Positions 17,931-27,190 are shown, numbered from the stretch's first letter. The stretch: DNA of 59,488 nt from a virus (IMGVR_UViG_3300035107_000641:1-59488); one strand, 5' to 3'. The notes: generated by a model not told the origin, from the sequence alone. Numbers and translations are program-made.

Positions 17931-19786
17931 AACTCGCGTCGTCACTCGACGCCGCACAACTTCGCGTGGTCACACACCCGCTCGATGGCCCTCACGCGTT
18001 CGTGGTTGCGGGCGCGGGGAGCGGAAAGACAAGGTGCGTGGCCTACCGCTGTGGGTGGCTTATCGAGCAAGGCGTCGAGCCTTCCCGCATCACCGCCGTG
18101 AGCTTCACCAAGAAGAGCGGTGACGAGCTCGGCGAGCGCATCATCAAGGTGCATCCTGAGCGCGGCGGCGAGGTCACGGCGTCGACCTATCACTCGCTCG
18201 GCTATTCCTGGCTGCGCGAGTGGGAACTGTGCACGGGCTCGAACGTGTGGATGGACTACCACGCGCTCAGGGTTTTGCGAGACCTGCTCAAGAAGCAACG
18301 TCGCTGGCCCAAGAAGGTCGGCGCCGAGGAGCTGCTCGCGCTGTTCACCCAGGCCAAGGAGAAGGCGCTCCTTCCCTCGCAGATCGAGACCGCCCTGTAC
18401 GAGTGGGGGCGCAGCCATAACTGCCCCGCCATCGTCGGCGTGTGGCGCCAGTTCAACCAGGCCAAGGCCGAGGACGGCGCCGTCGAGATGATCGATATGA
18501 TCTGGCGCTGGTGGGTCGAGATGACCACCAAGCCCGAGCGCGCAGGTCAGTGCCAGCGCGCGCAGGACTACTTCTTCGTCGATGAGGTCCAGGACCTCGA
18601 CGCGCTCCAGACACGCATCATGGAGCTCCTCGCGCGCGACGCCCAAGTCATGGCCATCGGCGACCCTCGCCAATCGATCTACGCGTTCCGCGGCGCTGAT
18701 CTCTCGAGGCTGCGCTACTACGTCGAGGAGAAGCTCGGCTGCGAGGTCCTCACGCTCGACACCAACTACCGCTCGCGCGAGCGCATCGTGCGATGCGGCT
18801 CGATCATCATGCGCGGCGCGAGCGAGGCCGAGTGGTCTGGCGAAGCGATCGCACACCGGGAGGAGCATGGTCACGTCGAGATCTGGGAGCCACAGAACTC
18901 GACCGAGGAGGCCGAAGAGGTCTGCGTCGACATCCGCCGCCGTTTGCTCGATGGCGCGAGCGCGGATGACATCGCCATCATCTACCGACAGAACGCGCAG
19001 GCCGCTGCCTTCGAACGCGCGCTCGGCGTCGCAGGTGTCCCCTATCTGGTCCATGGCGCGACGAGCTTCTTCGAACGCGCCGAGATCAAGGATGCGCTCG
19101 CCTACCTCAAGCTCGTGGTGGACCCGAGCGACTTCGAGGCAGCCAAGCGCGTGCGCTCCAAGCCTTGCCGTTACCTCGGCGATCGCTCCTGGCGTTCCGT
19201 TGAAGACCAGCGCGCCGCGACCGTCATCGAGGCGCTCGGGCTCGCGGCAGACCTCGCATCCTCCAGGGAGGCCGATCGCTTCGAGCACTTCCAACGCCAA
19301 CTCGAGGAGCTCGAGGCGCTTGCGCTCGAAGGTCCCGCCGTCGTGCTCGAGCGCGTGCTCGAGCTCCGGGGGCTCGACAACCTGACCTTCCAGTCTCGGT
19401 ACGAGGGGGAGGAGGAGGAGGACAACGATCGCGTCCAGAACCTCGCCGCGCTCATGGCCATCGCGCGCGGCTGCGACTCCATCGAGAAGCTCCTCACCGT
19501 GGCAAGGCCACCTCGCAAGAGAGGTGAAGCAGCGGTGCACCTGATGACCGTGCACAAGAGCAAAGGCTTGGAGTTCCCCTACGTCTATCAGGTCGGCGTC
19601 ATCGGCACGATCTACCGCGACAACGACGAGGAGTCGCGCCGGATTCTCTATGTCGGCGCCACGCGCGCTGAGGACGAGCTCGTGATCACGATGCCCAAGG
19701 AAGTCCTCGGGAGGCCCGGTTCCCCGAGCGTGTACCTGAACCCGCTGCTCGACCACATGACATCGACCGAGGCCGCAGCGGAGTGA
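17915..19786 (+). CDS. UvrD/PcrA/Rep-family SF1A helicase
   Basis: AGAGSGKT, VDEVQD, GDPRQSIYAFRGA, NYRS, TVHKSKGLEF, RRILYVGATRA. Confidence 0.93.
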   Translation: MGIDLKLASSLDAAQLRVVTHPLDGPHAFVVAGAGSGKTRCVAYRCGWLIEQGVEPSRITAVSFTKKSGDELGERIIKVHPERGGEVTASTYHSLGYSWLREWELCTGSNVWMDYHALRVLRDLLKKQRRWPKKVGAEELLALFTQAKEKALLPSQIETALYEWGRSHNCPAIVGVWRQFNQAKAEDGAVEMIDMIWRWWVEMTTKPERAGQCQRAQDYFFVDEVQDLDALQTRIMELLARDAQVMAIGDPRQSIYAFRGADLSRLRYYVEEKLGCEVLTLDTNYRSRERIVRCGSIIMRGASEAEWSGEAIAHREEHGHVEIWEPQNSTEEAEEVCVDIRRRLLDGASADDIAIIYRQNAQAAAFERALGVAGVPYLVHGATSFFERAEIKDALAYLKLVVDPSDFEAAKRVRSKPCRYLGDRSWRSVEDQRAATVIEALGLAADLASSREADRFEHFQRQLEELEALALEGPAVVLERVLELRGLDNLTFQSRYEGEEEEDNDRVQNLAALMAIARGCDSIEKLLTVARPPRKRGEAAVHLMTVHKSKGLEFPYVYQVGVIGTIYRDNDEESRRILYVGATRAEDELVITMPKEVLGRPGSPSVYLNPLLDHMTSTEAAAE

Positions 19787-19877
19787 CGGCGCTGTGGGGC
19801 GGCATACGCGCGCCCCGCTTCGGGTCACACCGAGGCGTCGTTTCGAGCCAATGAAGGCTCACCATAAGGAGGCAAGG

Positions 19878-20081
19878 ATGCTGACACTGACACGAAAGGT
19901 CGACGAGAAGATCGCCATCTATGACGCGCACGACGGAACCTTGATCGCCGAAATCCTCGTGAAAGAGGTGAGCAAAAAGCAGGTTCGCATCGGCGTCGAG
20001 GCCGAGCGCGAGTTGGGGATCGACCGTTGGGAAGTCTACGCCAAACGCATGCGCCTGGAGGAAACCGATGACCAGCCCTGA
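19878..20081 (+). CDS. csrA: Carbon storage regulator CsrA-like RNA-binding protein
   Basis: MLTLTRKVDEKI...QVRIGVEA...IDRWEVY; AAGGAGG SD. Confidence 0.85.
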   Translation: MLTLTRKVDEKIAIYDAHDGTLIAEILVKEVSKKQVRIGVEAERELGIDRWEVYAKRMRLEETDDQP

Positions 20082-20382
20082 AGACAAGGTGCTCGAGCTC
20101 ACCAAGCTCGAGCGACGCGCGAAGATCCCTGAGTTGGCCATCGGCCAGTGGCACGCGCAGCTCCTCGAGGAGCACAGCGCGGGTGATTTGCTCGGCATCG
20201 GGAACGAGGGATTAGGCCGAATACTGAGGATTGTGCGCCCCATGTCGCCCGAGCAGTTCCGCAACTGGCTTGAGGCGCAGCTCGGTGACGAGGAGCTCGA
20301 GTACTTCGAGCCGCAAGACGAACCAGGGCAGCCGATCGGTCTTCTGATGGCGAGACCATGGCGCGAGGGAGGGCTGTTGTGA
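20068..20382 (+). CDS. Hypothetical protein
   Basis: 104 aa, coupled to neighbours. Confidence 0.6.
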   Translation: MTSPEDKVLELTKLERRAKIPELAIGQWHAQLLEEHSAGDLLGIGNEGLGRILRIVRPMSPEQFRNWLEAQLGDEELEYFEPQDEPGQPIGLLMARPWREGGLL

Positions 20383-21026
20383 ACCAGCTCGAACTCATCG
20401 AGGGGCAAGGCTCCTACCAGGCCGGCGCACGCGATGACCTCGACTATTACCCCACGCCGCCCGAACTCCTCGGGCCGTTGCTCACGCGCTGGGGGATACT
20501 TCGAAGCAAGCAGCGCATCCTCGAGCCGTGCGCAGGCCGCGCGCTTTCGCTGGCGCGCGTGCTCCAGTCGGAGGGGCACGAGGTCCTGACCGCGGATATC
20601 GATCTGCTGGCGCCCGTGGACATGCACGTCGATGTGCTCGAGCACGACTGGAGTCAGCACAAGGCGGACGTGGTCTTGACCAACCCGCCCTATCTGGTGG
20701 GCGACATGCACGCCGCTGACGTGATCCGCGCGCTGCTCCCTCATGTGAAGTGGGGCGTCTTCCTGCTTCGCACGACCTTCAAGGAACCCTGCGCGAACCG
20801 ACTTGACCTGGTGACTGGTGAGGGCGCGCCCGTGCGCGTGATCACCAACCCTCGGGTCTCCTTTCGCGGCAAGGGCACCGACACGACCACGACGAGCTGG
20901 TTCATCTGGCGCGGCGCCAAGACCCGATACCTCCGCATGCCGAGGCAAGGCTGGTACGGCGAGACCGTGCACCCCAACGAACTCGAGCGATGGCGCATCC
21001 GCTTCGCCGAGAGAGGGTTGCTGTGA
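20379..21026 (+). CDS. DNA N6-adenine methyltransferase-like protein
   Basis: YYPTP, ILEPCAG (SAM binding), NPPY catalytic motif. Confidence 0.8.
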   Translation: MNQLELIEGQGSYQAGARDDLDYYPTPPELLGPLLTRWGILRSKQRILEPCAGRALSLARVLQSEGHEVLTADIDLLAPVDMHVDVLEHDWSQHKADVVLTNPPYLVGDMHAADVIRALLPHVKWGVFLLRTTFKEPCANRLDLVTGEGAPVRVITNPRVSFRGKGTDTTTTSWFIWRGAKTRYLRMPRQGWYGETVHPNELERWRIRFAERGLL

Positions 21027-21235
21027 GCCAGTTCAGCCACCTCACAAGAGACCAGCTCGAGAGGCTTTATGTGCTCGCGCTCGAACGTGCGGCGATTGCC
21101 GAGGGTCGCATCGCCGCGGCTGAGCTTCGCGCCGCCAGAGCCGAGTCTGATTTGAACCGATTACAACGCGCGCAGAAGGCCGCGGCCAGGCGCCGTGCAC
21201 TGCGCGAGCAAGGACAGGAGGAACTCGCGATATGA
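21023..21235 (+). CDS. Small coiled-coil protein
   Basis: GTGA/ATGA coupling. Confidence 0.55.
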   Translation: MSQFSHLTRDQLERLYVLALERAAIAEGRIAAAELRAARAESDLNRLQRAQKAAARRRALREQGQEELAI

Positions 21236-21657
21236 AAGCAGAACAAGCATACGAAGCGCTTCGCCACGCAGCCGAGAAGGTCGCCGACACTCGACACGAA
21301 CCGCACTCGGGCCGCACCGAAGCCTATGAGGCGCTCGTCAAGGTCATCGACGAGGAGCTCGCGCCGAAGCTCGACGACGTTTACGAGGCGCACCAAGAAG
21401 AGCTCGCCGCGCCCGAGGACTACCGAGGAGGGATCCTCGAGGAGCTGCGGCGCGAGCGCGAGAAGCAAGAGAAGGAGTGGGACATCGCGCACGACGACGC
21501 ACACTCCCTCGAGGAGTGGGTTGCTATCCTCGTGTGCGAGATGGGGCCTATCCCGTGGGGTGGCGAGGTCGACTCGCGCACCGCGCTGGTGAAGGTCGCC
21601 GCCGTGGCAGTCGCAGCGATCGAGGCCATCGATCGTCGCGGCCCTGGGATCGATTGA
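21232..21657 (+). CDS. Protein with MazG-like C-terminal helical region
   Basis: HDDAHSLEEWVAILVCEMG...LVKVAAVAVAAIEAIDR. Confidence 0.55.
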   Translation: MKAEQAYEALRHAAEKVADTRHEPHSGRTEAYEALVKVIDEELAPKLDDVYEAHQEELAAPEDYRGGILEELRREREKQEKEWDIAHDDAHSLEEWVAILVCEMGPIPWGGEVDSRTALVKVAAVAVAAIEAIDRRGPGID

Positions 21658-21669
21658 GGGAGGGTTGAG

Positions 21670-21873
21670 ATGACCAGCAGACTGATCACGAGAGTCGAGT
21701 GCGACCACCAAGACTGCGCCGTCCACCGTGATGTCCGAGAGGTCGCGCCAGGCAGCGCGCGCGAAGCGCTCCGACGCTACGGCTGGAGCTGCGAGGACAT
21801 CGGCGGGAGCTACCACGACTACTGCGGCGCCTGCACCGAGAAGAGGCGCCAGGCCGAGGAGGAAGAGGAGTGA
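21670..21873 (+). CDS. Small Zn-binding protein
   Basis: CDHQDC...GW...DYCGAC. Confidence 0.65.
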   Translation: MTSRLITRVECDHQDCAVHRDVREVAPGSAREALRRYGWSCEDIGGSYHDYCGACTEKRRQAEEEEE

Positions 21874-22073
21874 GCACGCAACCAATTCAGATCGACACCG
21901 CGCGCGCCATCATGCGCGGCCAGGCTAAGGACCTTCGCCACAACCGCAAGCTCGACGATGCCGCCATCGCCGAGGCGAACCGAGTCACGCTCGAGCTCCG
22001 CCAGCGGATTCCCTGGATGTGGCGCATGCGCGGCGCGTTGCGCGACTGGTGGGCAGGGAGAGCAAACCGATGA
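21870..22073 (+). CDS. Hypothetical protein
   Basis: Coupled ORF. Confidence 0.55.
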   Translation: MSTQPIQIDTARAIMRGQAKDLRHNRKLDDAAIAEANRVTLELRQRIPWMWRMRGALRDWWAGRANR

Positions 22074-22432
22074 CGTATTTCCACAGACCACAACCGCTCG
22101 AACAGCTCGCCGAGCATCTTGGCTTCACCACGACGCGAGGGTTGAAGAGGTCGCCGAAGTTTCGGCACATCGAGCAGTTCGGCGCCCTCTTCCGGGTCAA
22201 ACCAAGCGTCGAAGTCCTCGTGTTCGATCAGGGCCTCGATGGACCTTGTTCGCTCGCTTTCATCGCCGAGCAGCTCGGGCGCGAGGTCGAAACCATGAAG
22301 GCGCACGCAAGCCGAGACATCTACACATGGCTCTCGAAGCGCCTCCCCAACGACAACGAACTCGTGGTGGGCCGATCTGAGTACATCTACACCTTCGACC
22401 AGGACGCATTCGACGGGAGGGCAGCGGCATGA
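22070..22432 (+). CDS. Hypothetical protein
   Basis: MTYFHRPQP...; coupled ORF. Confidence 0.6.
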   Translation: MTYFHRPQPLEQLAEHLGFTTTRGLKRSPKFRHIEQFGALFRVKPSVEVLVFDQGLDGPCSLAFIAEQLGREVETMKAHASRDIYTWLSKRLPNDNELVVGRSEYIYTFDQDAFDGRAAA

Positions 22433-23925
22433 GGTGGACAGGCGCCGACATCCTCGCGCAGCTCGACGAGGGCTGGGAGATCGACGAGATCGCCGCGGCG
22501 ACCGGGATGGGCATCGCCGAGGTCAAGCGGCTGATCCGCGAGCAACGATACAAGAACACAACGCAAGCCAAGGTGGAGACCATGACCAAGACCAAACAAG
22601 AGGAGACCACGCAGGCCGAGCATCCCGAGTGGGAGTGGAGCTCCATCCGCGCGCTCTCCATGCTGCCAGGCGCGCCACCCTACGGAACGCTCCAGTACCG
22701 ATTTAGCAGCGGCACAGCGCAGTGGGCACACTACGAAACCGCGAAGCCAGAAGACCTCGAAGGGGTGGAGGCGGATCCGCGCGCCAGGTCGCTCGGGCGG
22801 CTCGCCCCTGGGACCACCTGGGAGCCTCTCAAGCCTGACCAAGACGAGCAGCCCACCGGCCCGGATAAGGCGCCAAAACGAGAGACCGCAAAGGAGAACG
22901 CGCAAATCGCCACGCTCGAGACCGCGTTGATCGCCGCGCGTGAAGAGGCAGCCAAGCACAAGGCCACAATCGCGCAGATCGCGAAGGAGAGAGACGCGCT
23001 CGAAAAGATCGGCGAGGTCCTAGCGCGTCACACTGCGTTCGGTGGCGACGAGCTCAGCGTCAGCGAGATGTGCGAGTTGATCGAGGCGGCCTTCGAAGAC
23101 GCAGGCGAACTTCCAGTCATCAAGCGCGAGCTCGAGCTTGTGAGCGAGAAGATCGTCGAGCTCGAAACCTGCTACAACGTTGCGCGCGAGACTCGCTTGA
23201 CATGGGCGCAACGTGCTGCGGCGGCCGAAGCCACCCTTGCAAGCATTCAGGAAGCGCTCGAACCCATCGGCGATTTCGCAGGCAAGGACACGCCGATCGA
23301 TCAACGCATCGCACAACTCGTCGAGCGGTCGTTCCGTGAACACGCGAATCTCTACGCGATGCAGCAGGCCGCGCTCGAGTTCATGGAGAAATACGACGTT
23401 TCCGATGATGGCTGGTGGGATTCTGATCTGGTCGATTATGTGAACGCTGCGTGCCAGGGCATCGAGAACCACTATGACAAGCAATTTGCTGGCGTCGAAG
23501 ACATGCGCGAGGCCCTCCTCGCCGTGCACCGTGAGTGCGAGCGACAGGGTTATGGCGCTGATGATAAGCGCGCTGCGGTCGAGAAGGTGCACGACATCAT
23601 CGACTATGCCGAAGAGCTCGTGCGCCTCGTCGCGCGGCAAGACCAGCGAATCAAAGAACTCGAGTCCAAGCGCGAGCTCACGATCGAGGAAACCGACACG
23701 CCGGAGCACCATGAGCGCGGCGAAGATGAAGCCGGTGGGACAATCGCGCGTCGTTTGGATCGACTGGCTGACCTCGAAAACGAGCTCGCCAACTTCTACG
23801 CCCTTCGCGCGACCGAGGACTTTGCGGATCCAGATGACCGCTGCTGGGACCTCGAGCACGCCACGAAGCACGTCCGCCGATGGCAAGAGGTTGTCGAGGA
23901 GCAAGACAGGGAGGCAGGCCGATGA
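22429..23925 (+). CDS. N-terminal HTH plus long coiled-coil protein
   Basis: GWEIDEIAAATGMGIAEVKRLI followed by heptad-rich sequence. Confidence 0.7.
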   Translation: MRWTGADILAQLDEGWEIDEIAAATGMGIAEVKRLIREQRYKNTTQAKVETMTKTKQEETTQAEHPEWEWSSIRALSMLPGAPPYGTLQYRFSSGTAQWAHYETAKPEDLEGVEADPRARSLGRLAPGTTWEPLKPDQDEQPTGPDKAPKRETAKENAQIATLETALIAAREEAAKHKATIAQIAKERDALEKIGEVLARHTAFGGDELSVSEMCELIEAAFEDAGELPVIKRELELVSEKIVELETCYNVARETRLTWAQRAAAAEATLASIQEALEPIGDFAGKDTPIDQRIAQLVERSFREHANLYAMQQAALEFMEKYDVSDDGWWDSDLVDYVNAACQGIENHYDKQFAGVEDMREALLAVHRECERQGYGADDKRAAVEKVHDIIDYAEELVRLVARQDQRIKELESKRELTIEETDTPEHHERGEDEAGGTIARRLDRLADLENELANFYALRATEDFADPDDRCWDLEHATKHVRRWQEVVEEQDREAGR

Positions 23926-24218
23926 GCGAATACGAAGAGCATTCGGGCGATGAGATCAGGTGTCCTTATTGCGGCATCGTCAACACCGATTCGTGGGAGC
24001 ACGACCGCGAGCGCACATACGAGTGCGAGAGCTGCTGGATACCGTCGAAGCTGGAGGTGGACACCGCCATCACCTACACCACGACGCCATCTGCCAAGCT
24101 TATCCAGGACGAGATCGAAGATCTGGAGAGGCGCCTTCAGGGAGGCGCGGTTTGGCCCTCCGAACGCATCGCCAGGCTGAAAGCAGTGATTGCCAAGCTG
24201 GAGGAGGCCGAACGATGA
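23922..24218 (+). CDS. Zn-ribbon protein
   Basis: CPYCG...ECESC. Confidence 0.7.
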   Translation: MSEYEEHSGDEIRCPYCGIVNTDSWEHDRERTYECESCWIPSKLEVDTAITYTTTPSAKLIQDEIEDLERRLQGGAVWPSERIARLKAVIAKLEEAER

Positions 24219-24490
24219 ATAGCGAGGCACCTTATCTGGCGTCCATCGTCGAGAAGCAGGCCGAGCAGATCGTGGAGCTCGCGCGCGAGAACGAACGCCT
24301 GCGCGCGCAGCTCGGCAACGCCTCCAATGTCGATGAGGAATTGATCGACTGTCGAACCGCGGCCGCACTCCTCAACATGAGCGAGCAAGGTCTGCGTCAG
24401 CTCTCCCGCGAGGGTGAGGTGCCGAGCGCGCGCAAGGTCGGCGGTGTCTGGAGATACTCGAAGGTCGCATTGATCACCTGGTCGCGCTAA
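24215..24490 (+). CDS. xis: Excisionase-like MerR/HTH_17 protein
   Basis: AAALLNMSEQGLRQLSREGEVPSARKVGGVWRY, directly before integrase. Confidence 0.75.
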   Translation: MNSEAPYLASIVEKQAEQIVELARENERLRAQLGNASNVDEELIDCRTAAALLNMSEQGLRQLSREGEVPSARKVGGVWRYSKVALITWSR

Positions 24491-24536
24491 CCTCCAAGGC
24501 TCACAGGATGAGCCGCCTCAACACACGAGGTAACTC

Positions 24537-25670
24537 ATGGAAGCAAGACGACACCCACAACGCGGGTATTGGGAGGTGTACTTTCGCTATCCCGACCCGG
24601 ACAACCCGCGCAACAACCGGACCTTCCGCAAGAAGAGTCCGGTTCAAACGCGGCGTGGGGCCGAGAAGTGGGGCCGAGAGATGCTGGCCATCTACAGCGA
24701 CCCGATACGCTTGAGAGAGGAGACCCGAGCGCTCCCCACCCTCCAGACCTTCGCTCGCGAGGTGGAGCGTGTGGTCTGGAAAGTGGAGCTCAGCGACCGC
24801 TCCGTCGCCAAGTACCGCTCTGTGCTCGACAACCAAATTCTACCAACCCTGGGAGACCTGATCATCGATCAAATCGACGTTCAGAAGCTCACGCACTGGC
24901 GGGCCGACATGGTCGAAGCCGATCTGAGCGTCGAGTATATCAACGCCGCGACACGCATCGCCAGCCAGATCCTCGGCGTCGCGAAGTCGTGGGGAATGAT
25001 CACGCTCGTCCCCACCCTCAAGAGGCTCCCACCGGAGGAAGAGGAGCCCTGGGATTACCTGACCGAAGACGAACAGGATCGCCTCGAGGCTCAGCTCGAT
25101 GACACCCTTGATCGAGACTGCATGATCATCATCGCGCTCGACACGGGCATGCGCGACGGAGAAATCCGCGCTATGACATGGGGGAACATCGACCTGAAGG
25201 CGAAGCAGATCTGGGTCAAGCACTCGCTCACGAGCAAGGGAAAGCTCGGCCCGACGAAGAACCGCAAGCACCGCATGATCCCCATGACCGAGCGCGTGGC
25301 GAAGATCCTCACCAGGCAACGCGCCAAGACCTTGCTCGCAGGGGATTGGGTGTGGACAGAAGAAGGCAAGCCGTACAAGACCAACAAGATCTTGCGTCGG
25401 CTGCGGAGCCGTCTTCGGCTGGCAGGGATGAGGGAGATCCGGGTGCACGACCTGAGACACACGTTCGCCTCGAGGCTCGTCCAACGAGGTGTATCGCTCC
25501 AGGTCGTCAAGGAGCTGCTCGGCCACTCTCGCATCAAAGAAACCGAGCGCTATGCGCACCTCGCGCCGGAGCAACACGCGGAAGCGGTCGCGGCGTTGGA
25601 GCGCACAAAGTTGTACTCTGATTGTACCGAAAATGCCGAGGGCCTTGATCCCGAGTGTTCATCGGCATAA
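24537..25670 (+). CDS. int: Tyrosine integrase
   Basis: TGMRDGE, HDLRHTFAS, LLGHS, RYAH catalytic R-H-R-H-Y set. Confidence 0.96.
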   Translation: MEARRHPQRGYWEVYFRYPDPDNPRNNRTFRKKSPVQTRRGAEKWGREMLAIYSDPIRLREETRALPTLQTFAREVERVVWKVELSDRSVAKYRSVLDNQILPTLGDLIIDQIDVQKLTHWRADMVEADLSVEYINAATRIASQILGVAKSWGMITLVPTLKRLPPEEEEPWDYLTEDEQDRLEAQLDDTLDRDCMIIIALDTGMRDGEIRAMTWGNIDLKAKQIWVKHSLTSKGKLGPTKNRKHRMIPMTERVAKILTRQRAKTLLAGDWVWTEEGKPYKTNKILRRLRSRLRLAGMREIRVHDLRHTFASRLVQRGVSLQVVKELLGHSRIKETERYAHLAPEQHAEAVAALERTKLYSDCTENAEGLDPECSSA

Positions 25671-25837
25671 AACGCGCACTGTAAAGACGCACTGCGTCAT
25701 ATCCGCGAACTCGCTCAAACCCTGATATGGTGGGCTCATCCTGTGTTCACGCGGATATGACGCGGTTTTCTTTTGTTGCTCGTTGTTGTTGGTTATCGCC
25801 GGATGCCGCTATGTATTTTGTACCGTCGTTGTACCGT
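25611..25837. other. Candidate attP
   Basis: Paired TTGTAC(C/T) repeats at 25611/25622 and 25818/25829 flank a 14-bp inverted repeat (25694-25707, 25750-25763). Confidence 0.55.
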
Positions 25838-25935
25838 ACAAAATCGACGTGCTCTTCAACACCCTCCCCTCCCTGTTCGCGGTACATATCGTGCCGGGGG
25901 TGCTCGATCTGCTTGGTCGGGCGCCAAAGACAACC

Positions 25936-26343
25936 TCAGCAAATCTCGATCGTATCAGCTTCGACATCGACCTCGTACTCGGTGGTGGATGCCTCCGAAC
26001 GACATCGTTCAGCGAGCGTATACTCGATGTGCTCGAGCAAGGTGCACACGTCCTCCATCGCTTCGATCATCTCCGCGGCGCGGTGTTCTTCGAAGAGGCT
26101 GCCGCTTTTCAGCTGAGATGTGACCCACGTCGCGTTGCTCTGGATCGCGCCCAGATACGATGCGAACACGTGAGCGTCCGGGCTTCGGGCGGGTACTGAT
26201 TGCAATGCTTGGTTGCCCCTGCCCACGAGCGACAATAGCAACTCCCCACCGGAGGTGCTCTCGAGAAGCTCGCGCGCAAACTGATGTGGCTTGGTCTTGT
26301 GGGCCTGTGAACTCGGCACGCGCCAATGATTCTTCCTATCCAT
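25936..26343 (-). CDS. Hypothetical protein with HisKA/DHp-like helix pair
   Basis: AHVFASYLGAIQSNA resembles the H-box AHDFNNLLGAILGNA. Confidence 0.5.
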   Translation of the reverse strand: MDRKNHWRVPSSQAHKTKPHQFARELLESTSGGELLLSLVGRGNQALQSVPARSPDAHVFASYLGAIQSNATWVTSQLKSGSLFEEHRAAEMIEAMEDVCTLLEHIEYTLAERCRSEASTTEYEVDVEADTIEIC

Positions 26344-26537
26344 TTCTACCCCCTCTTGGTGTCCTCTCCCCTAAACGGACCGTCAACGCCGAGTGTTTAG
26401 CATCTAATAACAACACCACGCTTAGAAATAGGAACGTTGGAATCTCATTTTTCTCAGTATCAAGCCGTGATCTCATGCTCGGATTGCGCTATTCTCAGGT
26501 TACAAAAACTTGGCAAGCACAACTAAAGGGGGTCGGG

Positions 26538-26858
26538 ATGCTCGAAGCAAGCTATGGCTGCAACTCGATTGTGTCATTGCAGCTCAAGACAGATGGCATC
26601 TGTCGTGAGATGCGGCGCACTGTGACACGTGACGAAGTGTTCGTGCTTTGTCGTGTGGTTTCGTGGAAACTCGTCTTGCTCATGTGCCGAACAAAACAAA
26701 CGGGGGAGTCGGGGCTGTACATACTCGTCCCCTCAGACGAGGATGCCTACCTGGTGCTCTACAACTATGCCATTAAAGGGAAGTTTCGCCATAGTCGTCA
26801 CCCCCTCGATGATAACTCACGAAAGTGGTGGAAGGACGCAGGCAAGCTCATTTGGTGA
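26538..26858 (+). CDS. Hypothetical protein (paralog A)
   Basis: YILVPSDED motif shared with the convergent neighbour. Confidence 0.6.
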   Translation: MLEASYGCNSIVSLQLKTDGICREMRRTVTRDEVFVLCRVVSWKLVLLMCRTKQTGESGLYILVPSDEDAYLVLYNYAIKGKFRHSRHPLDDNSRKWWKDAGKLIW

Positions 26859-26860
26859 CT

Positions 26861-27190
26861 TCATCGAAGCAGAACGTGTTCGCTCGAGTCGAATGCCTCG
26901 CGCGCCTTCTGTGCGTTGTTGATCTTCTCTTCAACGCCGAACGCACCAACCACCTTGAACGTACCGAGCGCGAGCTCGTTGTCCTCATCTGAAGGGACGA
27001 GGATGAACACCCTCCGCTTACCGCTCGAGCGCGCTGTAGTGGATACGAGCACACGACTCCAACCCGTGACATAGCCACTGACTAGGAGGTGTCTTGGCTC
27101 TGGGGTTGATCTGCTCGAGCGATGCCAGTCGCCGTCGGCCTTGACCTCGACGACCTGGTCGGCTGTAAATCCAAAGAAGAGAGATAGCAT
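26861..27190 (-). CDS. Hypothetical protein (paralog B)
   Basis: FILVPSDED motif; GGAGG SD. Confidence 0.6.
   Translation of the reverse strand: MLSLFFGFTADQVVEVKADGDWHRSSRSTPEPRHLLVSGYVTGWSRVLVSTTARSSGKRRVFILVPSDEDNELALGTFKVVGAFGVEEKINNAQKAREAFDSSEHVLLR

Noticed and set aside
20379-21026. Complete restriction-modification system
   Set aside because: No adjacent endonuclease; appears to be an orphan methyltransferase.
25720-25750. tRNA gene
   Set aside because: Only a CCACCA-like end; no T-loop or cloverleaf visible.
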